From: Macrostomum hystrix
Taxonomy: Eukaryota; Animalia; Platyhelminthes
Assembly (NCBI GenBank): GCA_950097015.1
Contig: CATNEN010000002.1
Span: 3,038,001-3,102,000, forward strand
DNA length: 64,000 nt
Direction of reading: 5' to 3'
Shown: positions 46,947-58,249 of the stretch, in pieces
Numbering within the stretch: the stretch's first letter is position 1
Layout: each line of letters starts with the position of its first letter
The notes under the pieces: model-generated
Database searches by the model: none
The model's input: only the letters and a program-made list of their open reading frames with translations
What the model was told of the DNA's origin: nothing
Position numbers and translations under genes: made by a program

Positions 46947-47765
46947 GTATTTTTAAATCAGGTGTTGAAAATAGGGGCCAGAAATGTTCAGCCAAATGCA
47001 CAGCCACGGTCACCCCACTCCGGCCATATACCAATTTTACAGCTGGGTGAACTGAAGCACTGTGATACTGGGATCAAAGTGTCCTTTCACAAGCTCCCTT
47101 GTGGATTAAACATTCAGCTGATACTTAAAAGCCTAAATTATCCCAAATAATTTGCTGCCATATTCATTCTAGACCCGCTGAAGTTGGCATAGACATCGAC
47201 ATGAGTCTCTGCGACCATTCGAATGAGCGAGTCAGGCAGCAAGATGTTGTTCAAGCCAATGCCGACCAGCGTTCAGGAAGTGCTCTGACCAGCGCACCAG
47301 ATCTGTGAGCGATTTCAATGCTGTAGTAGAAGCTTGCTGGCTTCTAAAACTCCTCGCACAATTTTTTCAATCCAAAATCTCCGAAATATCGAACATCTTC
47401 AGGCCGGCCGAAGCGACCGCACTGCTGGAGCTGAGAAGACCCGAGTTTGAGCAGGCTGCGCCGGAAGCGGACGACGAGTCTAACGCTGGCGATTTGAGCA
47501 ACGACCCGAGTGGCAGCGAAGTCCAGACACCGGCTGAGCAGCAAGAACCGATCCCGAATTGCCAGCAGCAGTAATACGAGCGTATGCTATTCGACACCAA
47601 ACAATTTTAACCGATAATTACATAGTATTTGACAGGTGTTTTGACTTTTCGTTAAAATGAAGTAATATAAAAGAAAACTAAAGCGTTGCAAAAAAAATTA
47701 AGGAAAGTATAATGATACATTTATTAGTAATTACCTCATAAGTTGTAGCTTATGCATTAATTCGA

Positions 47766-47965
47766 GGAGGTTGTAGCATTGTGGTTAGAGCGTCGGACTC
47801 ACGACTTGAAGGCGGGGGTTCGATTCCCGAATTCACTTGAAAAGTTTGTGTCCTTAGCAAGACACTTAACTCAGCATTGCTTCAGTTCACCCAGCTGTTA
47901 AATGGGTTCCAGCATTAGCTGGCCGGGGTAATTGAGGGTGGGTGTCCCCCGTGTGAAGGGGGCAG
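47766..47965 (+). mobile_element. tRNA-derived CORE-type SINE
   Basis: A box TAGCATTGTGG, B box GGTTCGATTCC, then GTGTCCTTAGCAAGACACTTAAC...CAGTTCACCCAGCTGTTAAATGGG. Confidence 0.8.
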
Positions 47966-49454
47966 GTGTAATCAATTGTTGTTGTTATATTATGAATTCT
48001 AATTAAATAATTTAGATTTTCTTGCTGTAAAATTTGCATGCATGATTTTTGGTATATTTTCTACCATCTATTCCGTGCCTCCGTCTGAGCAAGTTAGATA
48101 GTTAAATTCCCAATTGGTTTAAGTAGTGGTTAGAGGTTAAGATTTTGAGTTCGAATCTGAGCTCAAAACTATTCGTAGAAATTTATGTCGAAGAAGCTGC
48201 GGCTGTGCCGATCGCTCTGTAAGTGACCCAATTAGAGAAGACTAGGTCTATTGTGATTTTTAGATGTTATTTCTAGATAGATAATTTTTACTTGCATTCC
48301 TTAGTTACCCGTCTATCTTCATACTTATTAGTTTTCCTTGGGAAATTAAAACAAATGCTCGTAATAGGCGTGTGTGGAAATTTTTTACTAGCGGTACCGC
48401 ATATTTGTATTTACATTGAGCGATATCATAATTCTTATAATAATTACAAGTTGCTGAATGCCAATTTAATTTATTTTCAAATTTCAATTCGGCCCAAAAT
48501 ATTTTTGTTACTTTTCGAAACGTCAAACTTGGTAGGACCTGTGCTGTCTAGAAAACAGTTGAGAACCACAAAATATCTAAGGCCACGGTCATGTACAGGT
48601 ACCAAAACAATAATAGTACACCTTCAGGGAAAGGTCGTCGATGTTCTGTGATTCTGGAAGTTGTTTCATCGGATGGAGCAGAAAAAATTAGCCTACGTTC
48701 TGCATTTCATAGCGATTGGTTGAGTTTTTCTGGAGATACAGTAAAATATAGAAAAATACCCCATAAACGAAACACTGCGGGCTAAATGTTACTAATCTAC
48801 GAGTAGATGAGTCTTCTAGAGTCTAGAAGAGTAGATACTCCAGTATGAAACATCCAGTAGGAAAATCTGTCTTCAGCGTCGTGAATAAGATAAAGACGAG
48901 TGCGAAGTACTTTCCAACAGGTGAGGTTGTGAACATGCAATGGGTAAATTAGCACACCATTCTGGGGTTAAATAGGCGATTTATTTGGTCATTTAAACTT
49001 GCTCGAAGACCATTAAACCATTATTTGCATTGTCGGATTGAATTAACAGTGGACTGAAGGCGTGTTCACACTGCCATCACAATGCCATCAAATTACTATT
49101 TTGCTGCTATCAGCAAATAAAAAACACGTCAAGTGTTTTAGCCTCGGTGGATGGCATTGTGAACAAGACTGAAGCCTTGTCATCACAATGATATGAAAAA
49201 GTACAGCAGAATACGTTTTACAAACTGTTAACCACGGTACTTGAAATATTACCTAACAGGAATTCAGTATCAAACTTGTAAAAGATTCATAACCGATACA
49301 GCATTAGTTTTCAGGAATATTCTATTAGTCCTAATCCTTTATACACTCGTAGAAAGTCAAGGATTCATGAATACAACAATAACCAAGATTTTCGAAAGGC
49401 ATTGTCAAAAATTACGCAAGGATAATCAATGGTAGTAAAGCTAGACAAAACTTT

Positions 49455-49868
49455 TATAGCCCATTGCGCTCTGAGAAGATGCATTCGTGTCAGCGAAGCT
49501 TTAGCCCATTGCGCTCTGAGAAGATGCATTCGTGTCAGCGAAGCTTTAGCCCATTGCGCTCTAAGAAGATGCATTCGTGTCAGCGAAGCTTTAGCCCATT
49601 GCGCTCTAAGAAGATACATTTGTGTCAGCGAAGCTTTAGCCCATTGCGCTCTGAAAAGATGCATTCGTGTCAGCGAAGCTTTAGCCCATTGCGCTCTAAG
49701 AATATGCATTCGTGTCAGCGAAGCTTTAGCCCATTGCGCTCTAAGAAGATACATTTGTGTCAGCGAAGCTTTAGCCCATTGCGCTCTGAGAAGATGCATT
49801 TGTGTCAGCGAAGCTTTAGCCCATTGCGCTCTGAGAAGATGCATTCGTGTCAGCGAAGCTTTAGCCCT
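49455..49868. repeat. 45-bp minisatellite at the MED15 3' end
   Basis: About 9 copies of TTAGCCCATTGCGCTCTGAGAAGATGCATTCGTGTCAGCGAAGCT. Confidence 0.92.
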
Positions 49869-52162
49869 TAAGAAAGGCTCGCACCTGAGCCAGGCTAAAC
49901 TCGCTGTTCGGTGCCCATCTGTCGTAGGCAATGAGCAAAGCCTTGTGATAGGCGTCTAGCACACCTGTAACACTGTTTCGACCGCGGTAAACCCGTTTGT
50001 ACTCGGCGTAAGCCGATCGCCACTCAGACTGAATCATACGACGCAGATTCGCCGCATCGGCATTCAAATCGCTGTTTTCGTCTGAAGCATCCCCAATCCC
50101 ACCAGCAAGTCGCGGTGGCAGAATTCGTGCAGTGGCCGACTTGTTGACGGGATAGCCGGGCGCCAGGCTGATCAGCAGCTCCGGAGCAGCACCATCCGGC
50201 AGAAGGCTGCAATTTTCATACACAACACGCAGACGGACCCGGTGAGAGGTCGGGTCGCCCGACTTGTTAAGATCTGCGGCCATGTCGGCATCTTCATCGT
50301 AATTGCTGACTTCATCTTCATCGTCTGCGCTACCTGTGCTGTGCTCCGTTGCTCCTCGGCTAGCGCTGTTGAGCACGCGCACGCGCCAATATGCTGGCAG
50401 ATCGGCCAGCTCGGAGCGCAACGGCAGATCAGGCGGTGGGGCCGGTATCGCTGTCGCCTCTTGAGCTAGATTGTTGTCAGCCGAGTCCATGGATGTAACC
50501 GTAGCGAGATCAGCGGTGACAGGGATAAAGAGTGAGTCGCGCGGAGGGACAGCGCCCTGATTAGCAGAGCGAACCTCGGAAGCAAAGCGCGACCAGACTG
50601 AGTCGCAGACAGCACTTTTCATGACAGAATCGATCTCCTGGACAAGTATTATAAGTACATTAAATTGCAAATTGTTAGTTAACCGACTATTTTACTAATC
50701 ACATAATATTCATAATTTTTTTCTCGACACACTAACTTGTACGTACCTTCAATAGAGTCTCTCCGAGGCGCCTTGGTGTAGGTTGGATTTCGACTTGCTG
50801 ACTATTGCTCTCTGAAACTACAGGCATAGGTGAAGGCTGCTGCTGTTGCTGCTGCTGCTGCTGCAAATTCAGCAGTTGCTGATGCTGCAGCTGCTGTTGC
50901 TGCTGACGCTGTAATTGCTGCTGTTGCAATTGATGCTGCTGGATTTGTTGCTGAATCTGCTGCTGGTTAAGTGGTTGTTGCAGCAACTGTTGCTGCATAC
51001 GCTGATGCTGCAATTGTTGCTGCATTTGCTGTTGAGGTACTTGTTGCTGCATCTGGGGCTGCTGCATCTGCGGCTGCTGCATCTGCGGCTGCTGCATCTG
51101 CGGCTGCTGCATCTGCGGCTGCTGATGGTGCAACGGTTGTTGTTGCTGAAGTCTTTGCTGCTGAATTTGCTGCTGCTGCTGTAAATTCTGAGGCTGCACC
51201 TGTGTTCTAAGAATATTCTCTAGCTGAATGATGGTGCTATCAATTTTATCTGCGTCTGGCTGAGTGCGTACAAAATTTTCCGGTGAGTCTAGAATGTCGC
51301 AGATCTGTCTCAGCTTGTTAGTTTGGCTGGGATTGCCTTGCAAGCTCTCCACGCGTCTCCTCAATGCCTGGCTGTACTGCTGATTCAGCAGCCGAATGCG
51401 CTGAATCTGCTGCTGCTGACGATCCGTCAGTGGCGCCAGCTGTTGAGGCGGCAGCTGTTGAGGCGGCAGCTGCTGAGGTGGCAACTGTTGAGTTGCCAGC
51501 TGTTGAGGCGGCAGTTGCTGATGAATCGGTCTAGATCGATCTACACGAACGCTTTGAGGCTGCGCTACCAAATGCTGTTGTGGCATGCGTGCCGCAACGT
51601 TGCCAACCATAATGCCGCCGACAGCGCTTGCTCCTCCGCCGACCATGTTTGACAGTGACACCAGAGGGTCCGGCGCCGCATGCGACTGCATTTGCGGCCG
51701 AACTGACGTCGGCTGCGGCACCTGTGGCTGGGGTGGGGGCGGCTGCTGCAAGACTTGCTGCGTTGGCACCTGTTGAGGCGGCGGCTGCTGCTGCGGCTGT
51801 CGGCGACCTGTAAGAGCGTCCTCCAGCTTGGCTACAATGCTCCGATACTGCTGGTCAAAGGTGGCGCCCCCGGCCTGCTGATTGGACTGGCAGCGCTGGA
51901 ACACGTGAGTCTCGAGCTGGTCAGCGGTTGGATAGCGAGCGAGCAGCTGGTTGACCTGCAGGCCCTGAACCGGACTGCGGTACAGCTCCGCCAGCCTGCG
52001 CCGAGTCTCTGCGCGAAGCTGCTGCAAATGGGGAGGCAGAGCTTGCGGCAGCTGCAACTGCTGCCCCTGCTGGATATGCTGCTGCTGCTGTGGCTGCTGT
52101 TGCGGTTGTTGTAGATGCTGAGAAACGATTTGATATCGAGCATTGTAGTTTTGACCATCCAT
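49861..52162 (-). CDS. MED15: Mediator subunit 15 (~730 aa)
   Basis: Exons 50747..52162 and 49861..50637. KIX-like LETHVFQRC...QYRSIVAKL; Q-rich tracts; mid helices YSQALRRRV..KLRQICDIL; C-terminal LRSELADLP...PELLISLAPGYP. Domain order matches metazoan MED15. Confidence 0.82.
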
Positions 52163-53380
52163 TCTGAAGGCCGCTTTGCTGAAAAAAAAATATTTAACTG
52201 CGGGTACTAGGGCTTTCAGCTAGTTTTAGTGGTTTTTCTATTGTCTCTGAACCTTATGCTTTGCGCAAAAATTAACAGAATGAAAAATGCGAATGTAACC
52301 ATATAAAGTGGCGCCTGTTGTAAAAACTTAGAAAACAGCTTTTATTTCGAATCAAAAATCATGTCAACAGAGAGTATGTGAAACTCTAGAAGTTCTTGGC
52401 TGAAATCAAAGTTTTCACAAGCAGAATAAAAAATCACTGAATTGCTTTTTATTATTGGCTTACGTATGAAACACAACAATAGTCATGAAGTGTTAATAAA
52501 ACAGGCATCGAGTGCAATTCTAGAATACAATAGTTATTTAAAGCTTCTACAGAATCTACCAAATCTGAATTTCTTATCACAGCAAAAGAAGCTTTGTTTC
52601 TGTAATATGTAACAGTAGAACTACCAAGGGGGGGAGTTCCCCTTGACAATTTTTTGCTGCACCCGAGCGGAGCAACGCAAGCACACGGAACTCAAGAACA
52701 CGGGCTAGCTTTTTGTTGCGCATTTTCTGAAACAAGAGCATTTTCAAGTCGCCAGCTCTTTAGACCGTCGAGATATTCAATGGTTCTGGCCGAAGGTCAG
52801 ATTTTTCCTAAAAGCGCAAGTGTTTTTCATGAAAACCCCTATACACAAATTAGCACTGCGCCTCAGTGCGGCCTTGCCAGGCCTTCAAAATTTATCTGCA
52901 AGTCACCCGAATGTACCTGCATCATATCCGTCTTCGGTGGTCACCTACCATTTATCTGGACGGACTGCTGGACCTTCAAGGGCTACAACAGGTGGAAATA
53001 GGCCACTATGGACACGCTGACGCTAGTCTCCAGTTTCACTGGTCAAGCCTAAATATTAGGCGCAGCTCAACCACAGGAAACCCTCACCAACTCATCGTCT
53101 GTCAACCAAACAGTCACCACCCAACGCTGTTAGCATTCACCCTTAATGCTCTGTCAGTGTCAGAGCGTCAATTTAAGAATGGACCAGGCCAAAAACGGAG
53201 GTCATAAAGTTTTTGTGTTTGTGTTTTTTCGGAGCTACCTGCATTTAAAGCCGTTTTAGAAGCAATTGAGTCAACTAAGAGACAAAGAAAACGTGACTGA
53301 AAGCAACTTTTAAAATAGCGAAAAAATTATTCTTAATACAAAGACTGTTGCTGCTGCTGTCGGAGCGTAATAGCGTCCTA

Positions 53381-53654
53381 TTACAGGTCGACTGTAATAG
53401 CGTCCTCCAGCTTGGCTACAATGCTCCGATACTGCTGGTCAAAGGTGGCGCCCCCGGCCTGCTGATTGGACTGGCAGCGCTGGAACACGTGAGTCTCGAG
53501 CTGGTCAGTGGTTGGATAGCGAGCCAGCAGCTGGTTGACCTGCAGGCCCTGAACCGGACTGCGGTACAGCTCCGCCAGCCTGCGCCGAGTCTCTGCGCGA
53601 AGCTGCTGCGAGTGGGGAGGCAGAGCATGGCATTCTTCTTTGTTGGCCACTTTG
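53381..53654 (-). pseudogene. MED15 KIX-only duplicate, near-identical
   Basis: ALPPHSQQLRAETRRRLAELYRSP...IVAKLEDAITVDL*; shares the upstream CAG|CAAAGyGGCC context with MED15; no in-frame ATG after the acceptor. Confidence 0.8.
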
Positions 53655-53948
53655 CTGGAAAGAAATTTTAAATAATAGTTTAGGTTCAATTCTTAATTTA
53701 AAATTATTGTGCAAAAAAAGAATTAAACTGCCTCATTTTGTAAGCAAGACAACAGACTTTATTTTTTGTTACAATTTTACAAGGAAATCTTAGACGAAAT
53801 ATAATTAGAAAATGTACAAGCAAAATCTAATTGTAGATTCACGATCACTAAGAAATGACAGGCAGTTTATGTTTCTCTGCATAAAAATAGCATGAAGAAT
53901 GATAGCACAGCCAGTAACAAAGAACAGCGCATTTAGACCCCAGCAAGG

Positions 53949-54190
53949 TCAGAGCTCCCTCGGCAGCTGCTGTTGTTCTAGTTGAAAATGACGCCCAGAC
54001 AGAATATGCTCCAGTGTCACAATAATGCTGCCGTACTGCTCAGCGAAGCTGAAACCGCGGACCAGCTGGTTCGTCTGGCAGCGCTCGAACACCGTCGCTT
54101 CCAGCTGGTCAGCGCTGGGGTAGCGAGCCAGCAGCCTTCCAACCTGCTCGCTCTGAACTGGACTGTGGTACAGCTCCGCCAGCCTGCGCC
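53949..54190 (-). pseudogene. Diverged MED15 KIX-only paralog, 5'-truncated
   Basis: RRLAELYHSPVQSEQVGRLLARYPSADQLEATVFERCQTNQLVRGFSFAEQYGSIIVTLEHILSGRHFQLEQQQLPREL*; homology ends abruptly at 54190. Confidence 0.75.
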
Positions 54191-55315
54191 ACTACCCAAT
54201 GACACTGGCCGGGACCCGGCGCCGTACGCAGTCATGGACGATTCCTGCAAGGATCAATTGGAGTGGGCCACACGCTACCTGAAGGTGCTGCTGGCGGAAA
54301 ATGCCCGACTTCGTGGGGACATCGGTGCGGCACTGCCGCTAAACCAGACGTTTACGTCCAATCCGGCGACGCTCACTACCGAGGTATCAGAAATGAGGAC
54401 CTCTGGGTATCCTAAACGGCAGTACGTGTAGGTTGTTCGGCGCCCGTGGTGCAAAGTTGGTGATCCCGGCTTCCGCGTGCGGAAGGCAGAACCTTTAAGC
54501 CGCGCTATGCGAGCCGAAGGCTGGCTCTCTGCAGGCGACCCTTACTTTGACGAAGACTGCACATGGGCTACCCAGGGACTACAACTAACGCCAAAAAAAC
54601 GAGTGGACGCGGATGAAGCATGCAATCCGTTGCTGCCGTTGGCGCCTAGCAGCCAGGTGACTGCTGATTGGCCACGCGAAAAATCACCCACTTTTCCGCC
54701 TACTAAATACCACCGTGTGTGACTCGCTGTTCAGCAGCTGTTCTTGTCTTATCTAGACATACCCTGGTATATACCAGGATCCCTCAGAAAATCCCTAACC
54801 TGAACAAGAAAACAACAACATATATACAATATATAACATATATGGTATAAATGTTATATAACATATATAAAATACCATTACAACTGCTCAAAATTGAAAG
54901 TTGTAACTTTCCCCTAGCACTGATATAGGCTTGCGATGACCCTCCATCGTATAACCAATTATTTCTCTGCATCACCTGTAACCTATATATTGTAATCATG
55001 TTCTAATCCAATTCTGTAATAATCATAATACCATGCATGACTTGACCTGTTATCGACGTGAATTACACTAAGCAAATGAATATATATTTCAAAGTGAAGC
55101 CGCACGCGTACGTCAGGATGAAGTTATTTGCACGGCCTATATTGCCTATACTTAGACCTAGAATTCTAGCCATATCGTCGGCATTCGTTTCCTATGCAAT
55201 AAATGCACATATGTATAAAATGCATGCACATATTTATTACGCACACGAGCATGCTACGTATGTACAGAGAAATGTCGATTTACACACTCTTTTTCCAGAC
55301 CCGACGTCCAACTGT

Positions 55316-57381
55316 ATGGCTGCAAAGTCCACGAAGCCAAAGAAAGGCGGTAAAAATAAGCAGGTGACAGAGGCACTGCCTCCTGACTACAAGGCCATCG
55401 ACTCCAACGAGCATGCTAACCAGTTCTGGTGCATCCAATATCAGCCCAATGCAGAAGGCACCGTTCTATACGGAGCCATATCTGGTAGCGACATCGTCGC
55501 GCTCCATGTTCGCGATTCTGATGTAAAGCGGAACTCGCAAGTTTTGGTCGTCACCGCCAAAAATAAGGCAGGTGGTGCGCGGTACACCGCCATCATTTGG
55601 AAAGGCCCATACGAAAGTAGAGCAGAAGCCAAATCGGGGGCTGCTTTGGCGCAGTTACCACCGGAGACTCCACAGGCGTTGAGGTGCCCGTCCTGCGACA
55701 ACATGTTGCAACAAATTCGGGCGCAAACGGAGACTCACGACGCACTTCGTAGGTTGCAAATTTGCCTGTTCGTTGACTATACTAGTGTATAGTAGCCCAT
55801 AGAGTGAGGGGCGAGTGGGTCAGCGGCTAACGTCGCTGCCTCGCACTCCAAAGGACGCTAGTTCGATTCACCCTTCAAGTCACGATTAATTTCGGGACAT
55901 GTTGGGGGGTTTGGACAGTAGCGACCGGCGGAGGTGCACCATATTTCGTGCAATCAAAGCTTGAAATAATAGCTTCGCTCCTGCCTTCTGCATGCCTGCT
56001 TGTTTGTGTTTGTGTTTGTGCGTTGGGCCGGGTGTGAGGCGTTGTATGGGGGGTGGGGCGGGTGTGCACCAGCCATGCGTGCTCTGAGCGGCGAGGTTTC
56101 ACCAGCCGTCTGCGCGCGTGGCTTGGTCCTCTCGTCCCTACCCTTCAGGCATGTAAGTCCTCCCCTGGTTTGGTCAGCTCTGTGCGTGTGCGGGCATGGG
56201 GTGAGAGGCACTCCGGCTGCCGCCCCCTTCCCCGCTTGGCTTGCGGCTGTGTATGAGGTGCCTGTGTTCAGGGTCTAGATGGCGCGATGGGCGACTCCCG
56301 CCTAGTTCGCCGGCCTGGGGGCATGCCGTTCCTGCGCTTGTGCGTCAAGTGCCCCAGGCCCCCCTGCAATTAAGTAAGTAAGCCCATAGAGTAGCTAGCG
56401 ATGTACAGTTTTTAAGTGGTTTGCGATGTCAATTTCTTTATCACCATACATTCTGTTCTCATTAAAATATATCTCGTAGATAGCATTATCTTCCTTGCTT
56501 ATGAACTTTGCACTGCAATCACACTTTATTCTGCAAGCATATTCTGCATTGCACTGCAAGCATACTACATTCGCCAACCTCTAAGCTCAAGGCAGTCGGA
56601 GGAGCTTCAAGACAGAGTGGAGGCTGTCCTCGTGTCTCAGGACACCACTTTGCATGAGAGCCGGAATTCCGGCCTGGAAAACAGGCAACGATCGGGTGTA
56701 CCTCTTACTGACGGCATTGCGTCTCTCAAGAATTTGCTTGTTTCTGTTGAGGACCGTCTGGCCGTAGAAAGAGCACTAAAGAGAGCTCTAGAAATGAAGG
56801 ACGACCTTTCTAATTCAAATAACGCAGAGGCTAAGAAAGCAGCGGAGGCGGCCAAAAGTTGCTTAATCCGAACTGTATTGCGCGCCGTATTTACGGCAGA
56901 TGAATTTTGGACGTCCACCGCAAGCGGTCGCCGGGCATCCAACGAAACAACCGCAGTTGTTCGCGCGGCTAACAGCGCCAAACTCGGGCTCGTGCGGGTC
57001 TACTGCAACAACAGTGGCATGCCAGTCACATTACCCGAGGTTCAACACGCCTTTGGACGCTGCCGGGAAAACGCCCTTTTCCAGGACCGGCCAGCCGAAG
57101 TCCGCGAACGCAAGGTGGCTCTAGTAAAGGCTCGACGTTTCGCAATGGCTCAACAGCCGGATCAAGCGGGAAATGCCGACCGACGCGCTAGCGTAGACGC
57201 CGCCGTCGGACCTACTCGCGGAGGGAGGAGCAAGAGGATGCGCGTTGCGCAAGAAGAAATTGCCCCACCCATCCAAGGCGATGCTAGTCCCGCCTTAATC
57301 GACTCCGGCGGCAATTTCCTAGAAGAAGGCGACAATTTGCCAACTGATTTAGATGCGGCAACCGGCCCTCTGGACAATTAA
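55316..57381 (+). CDS. Putative BEN-domain protein (N-terminal beta-rich Tudor/SH3-like region, CxxC, coiled coil, BEN), two exons inferred
   Basis: Exons inferred as 55316..55752 and 56592..57381 (phase 2, ~408 aa; splice sites weak). SCLIRTVLRAVFTADEFWTSTASGRR...NSAKLGLVRVY...EVQHAFGRCRENA fits the BEN pattern by eye. Confidence 0.55.
55806..56380 (+). mobile_element. Young tRNA-derived SINE (575 bp) with (TAAG)n tail
   Basis: A box TGGGTCAGCGG, B box GTTCGATTC; perfect 12-bp TSD AGCCCATAGAGT (55794..55805, 56381..56392). Confidence 0.88.
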
Positions 57382-57459
57382 TAATGAATTATAAAAAAGC
57401 ACAATGAACCCGTATACGGGATTAGGAAGAATCACTCTGCTGGCCATATATATTATATA

Positions 57460-57655
57460 AAACCCACTCTTTATTCTCTCCCCACCCCATTCTCTCTCCA
57501 CTCTTTATTCTCTCCCCACTCTCCATTTTCTCCCCACTCTTTATTCTCTCCCCACTCTCCATTTTCTCCCCACTCTTTATTCTCTCCCCACTCTCCATTT
57601 TCTCCCCACTCTTTATTCTCTCCCCACTCTCCATTTTCTCCCCACTCTTTATTCT
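57460..57655. repeat. ~18-bp pyrimidine minisatellite, left half of the array split by the Gypsy
   Basis: Alternating CTCTCCCCACTCTTTATT / CTCCCCACTCTCCATTTT units. Confidence 0.88.
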
Positions 57656-57884
57656 TGTAGGAACTGAGAAATGCGACTGTTTGTAGTCGATAGCCGAAAT
57701 GTCACAAGAGCGATTTCAATGCGATTCAGTATATTTTATAACAGCCGAGTTGAGCTGGGGTGGCGGCTAAAGCTGCACCCCGTAAATCAGTTAACGTGCG
57801 TGCCAAGGGGGTAGAAAGGTGGCAGAGAGAAAGACGCAGAACGCCGCCAACCCCACGCACGCGTGACGGCTGGCGCCGCCTACA
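57656..57884 (-). repeat. 3' LTR (229 bp)
   Basis: TG..CA ends, preceded on the minus strand by the polypurine tract GGGGGGGAGAAG. Confidence 0.93.
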
Positions 57885-58249
57885 CTTCTCCCCCCCAAAG
57901 GAATAAAACGAAATTGAAAAAACTAAACTTTGAACATGAGATTAACAGTTCAGATGATAGAAACTTAATGGATCTTTAGAGCGCAATTCCTTAGTTACTT
58001 GTACCGCTTACGCTTGTCACGGGCAGCTCTAGGATGGCGTCTCAGTGCCACGGCATCATTTTCCTGACCAGTATCCTGGCCGACAGGCGGAGGCGGGCCG
58101 GCAGGCGAAGGCGGGCCGGCAGGCGGGCCGGCAGGCGGGCCGGCAGGCGGGCCGGCAGGCGGGCCGGCAGGCGGGCTGGCAGGCGGGCCGGCAGGCGGGC
58201 CGGCAGGCGGGCCGGCAGGTGGAAACATTGGTCGGAGCTGAGTCACGTG

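Noticed and set aside
47766-47835. tRNA gene (also the heads at 18998, 33848 and 55806)
   Set aside because: A/B boxes are present, but there is no complete cloverleaf and each continues into a SINE body.
49040-49175. Small MITE (CACAATGCCATC / GATGGCATTGTG)
   Set aside because: Only a 12-bp inverted pair; ends and TSD could not be defined.
50915-52158. Leu/Ala-rich plus-strand ORFs over MED15
   Set aside because: Antisense shadows of CAG/CAA poly-Q codons.
52654-53207. Short overlapping ORFs upstream of MED15
   Set aside because: No recognisable motif, splice context or consistent frame.
54189-54215. CACTA transposon left end at the junction
   Set aside because: No matching inverted end (…GGGTAGTG) found to the right.
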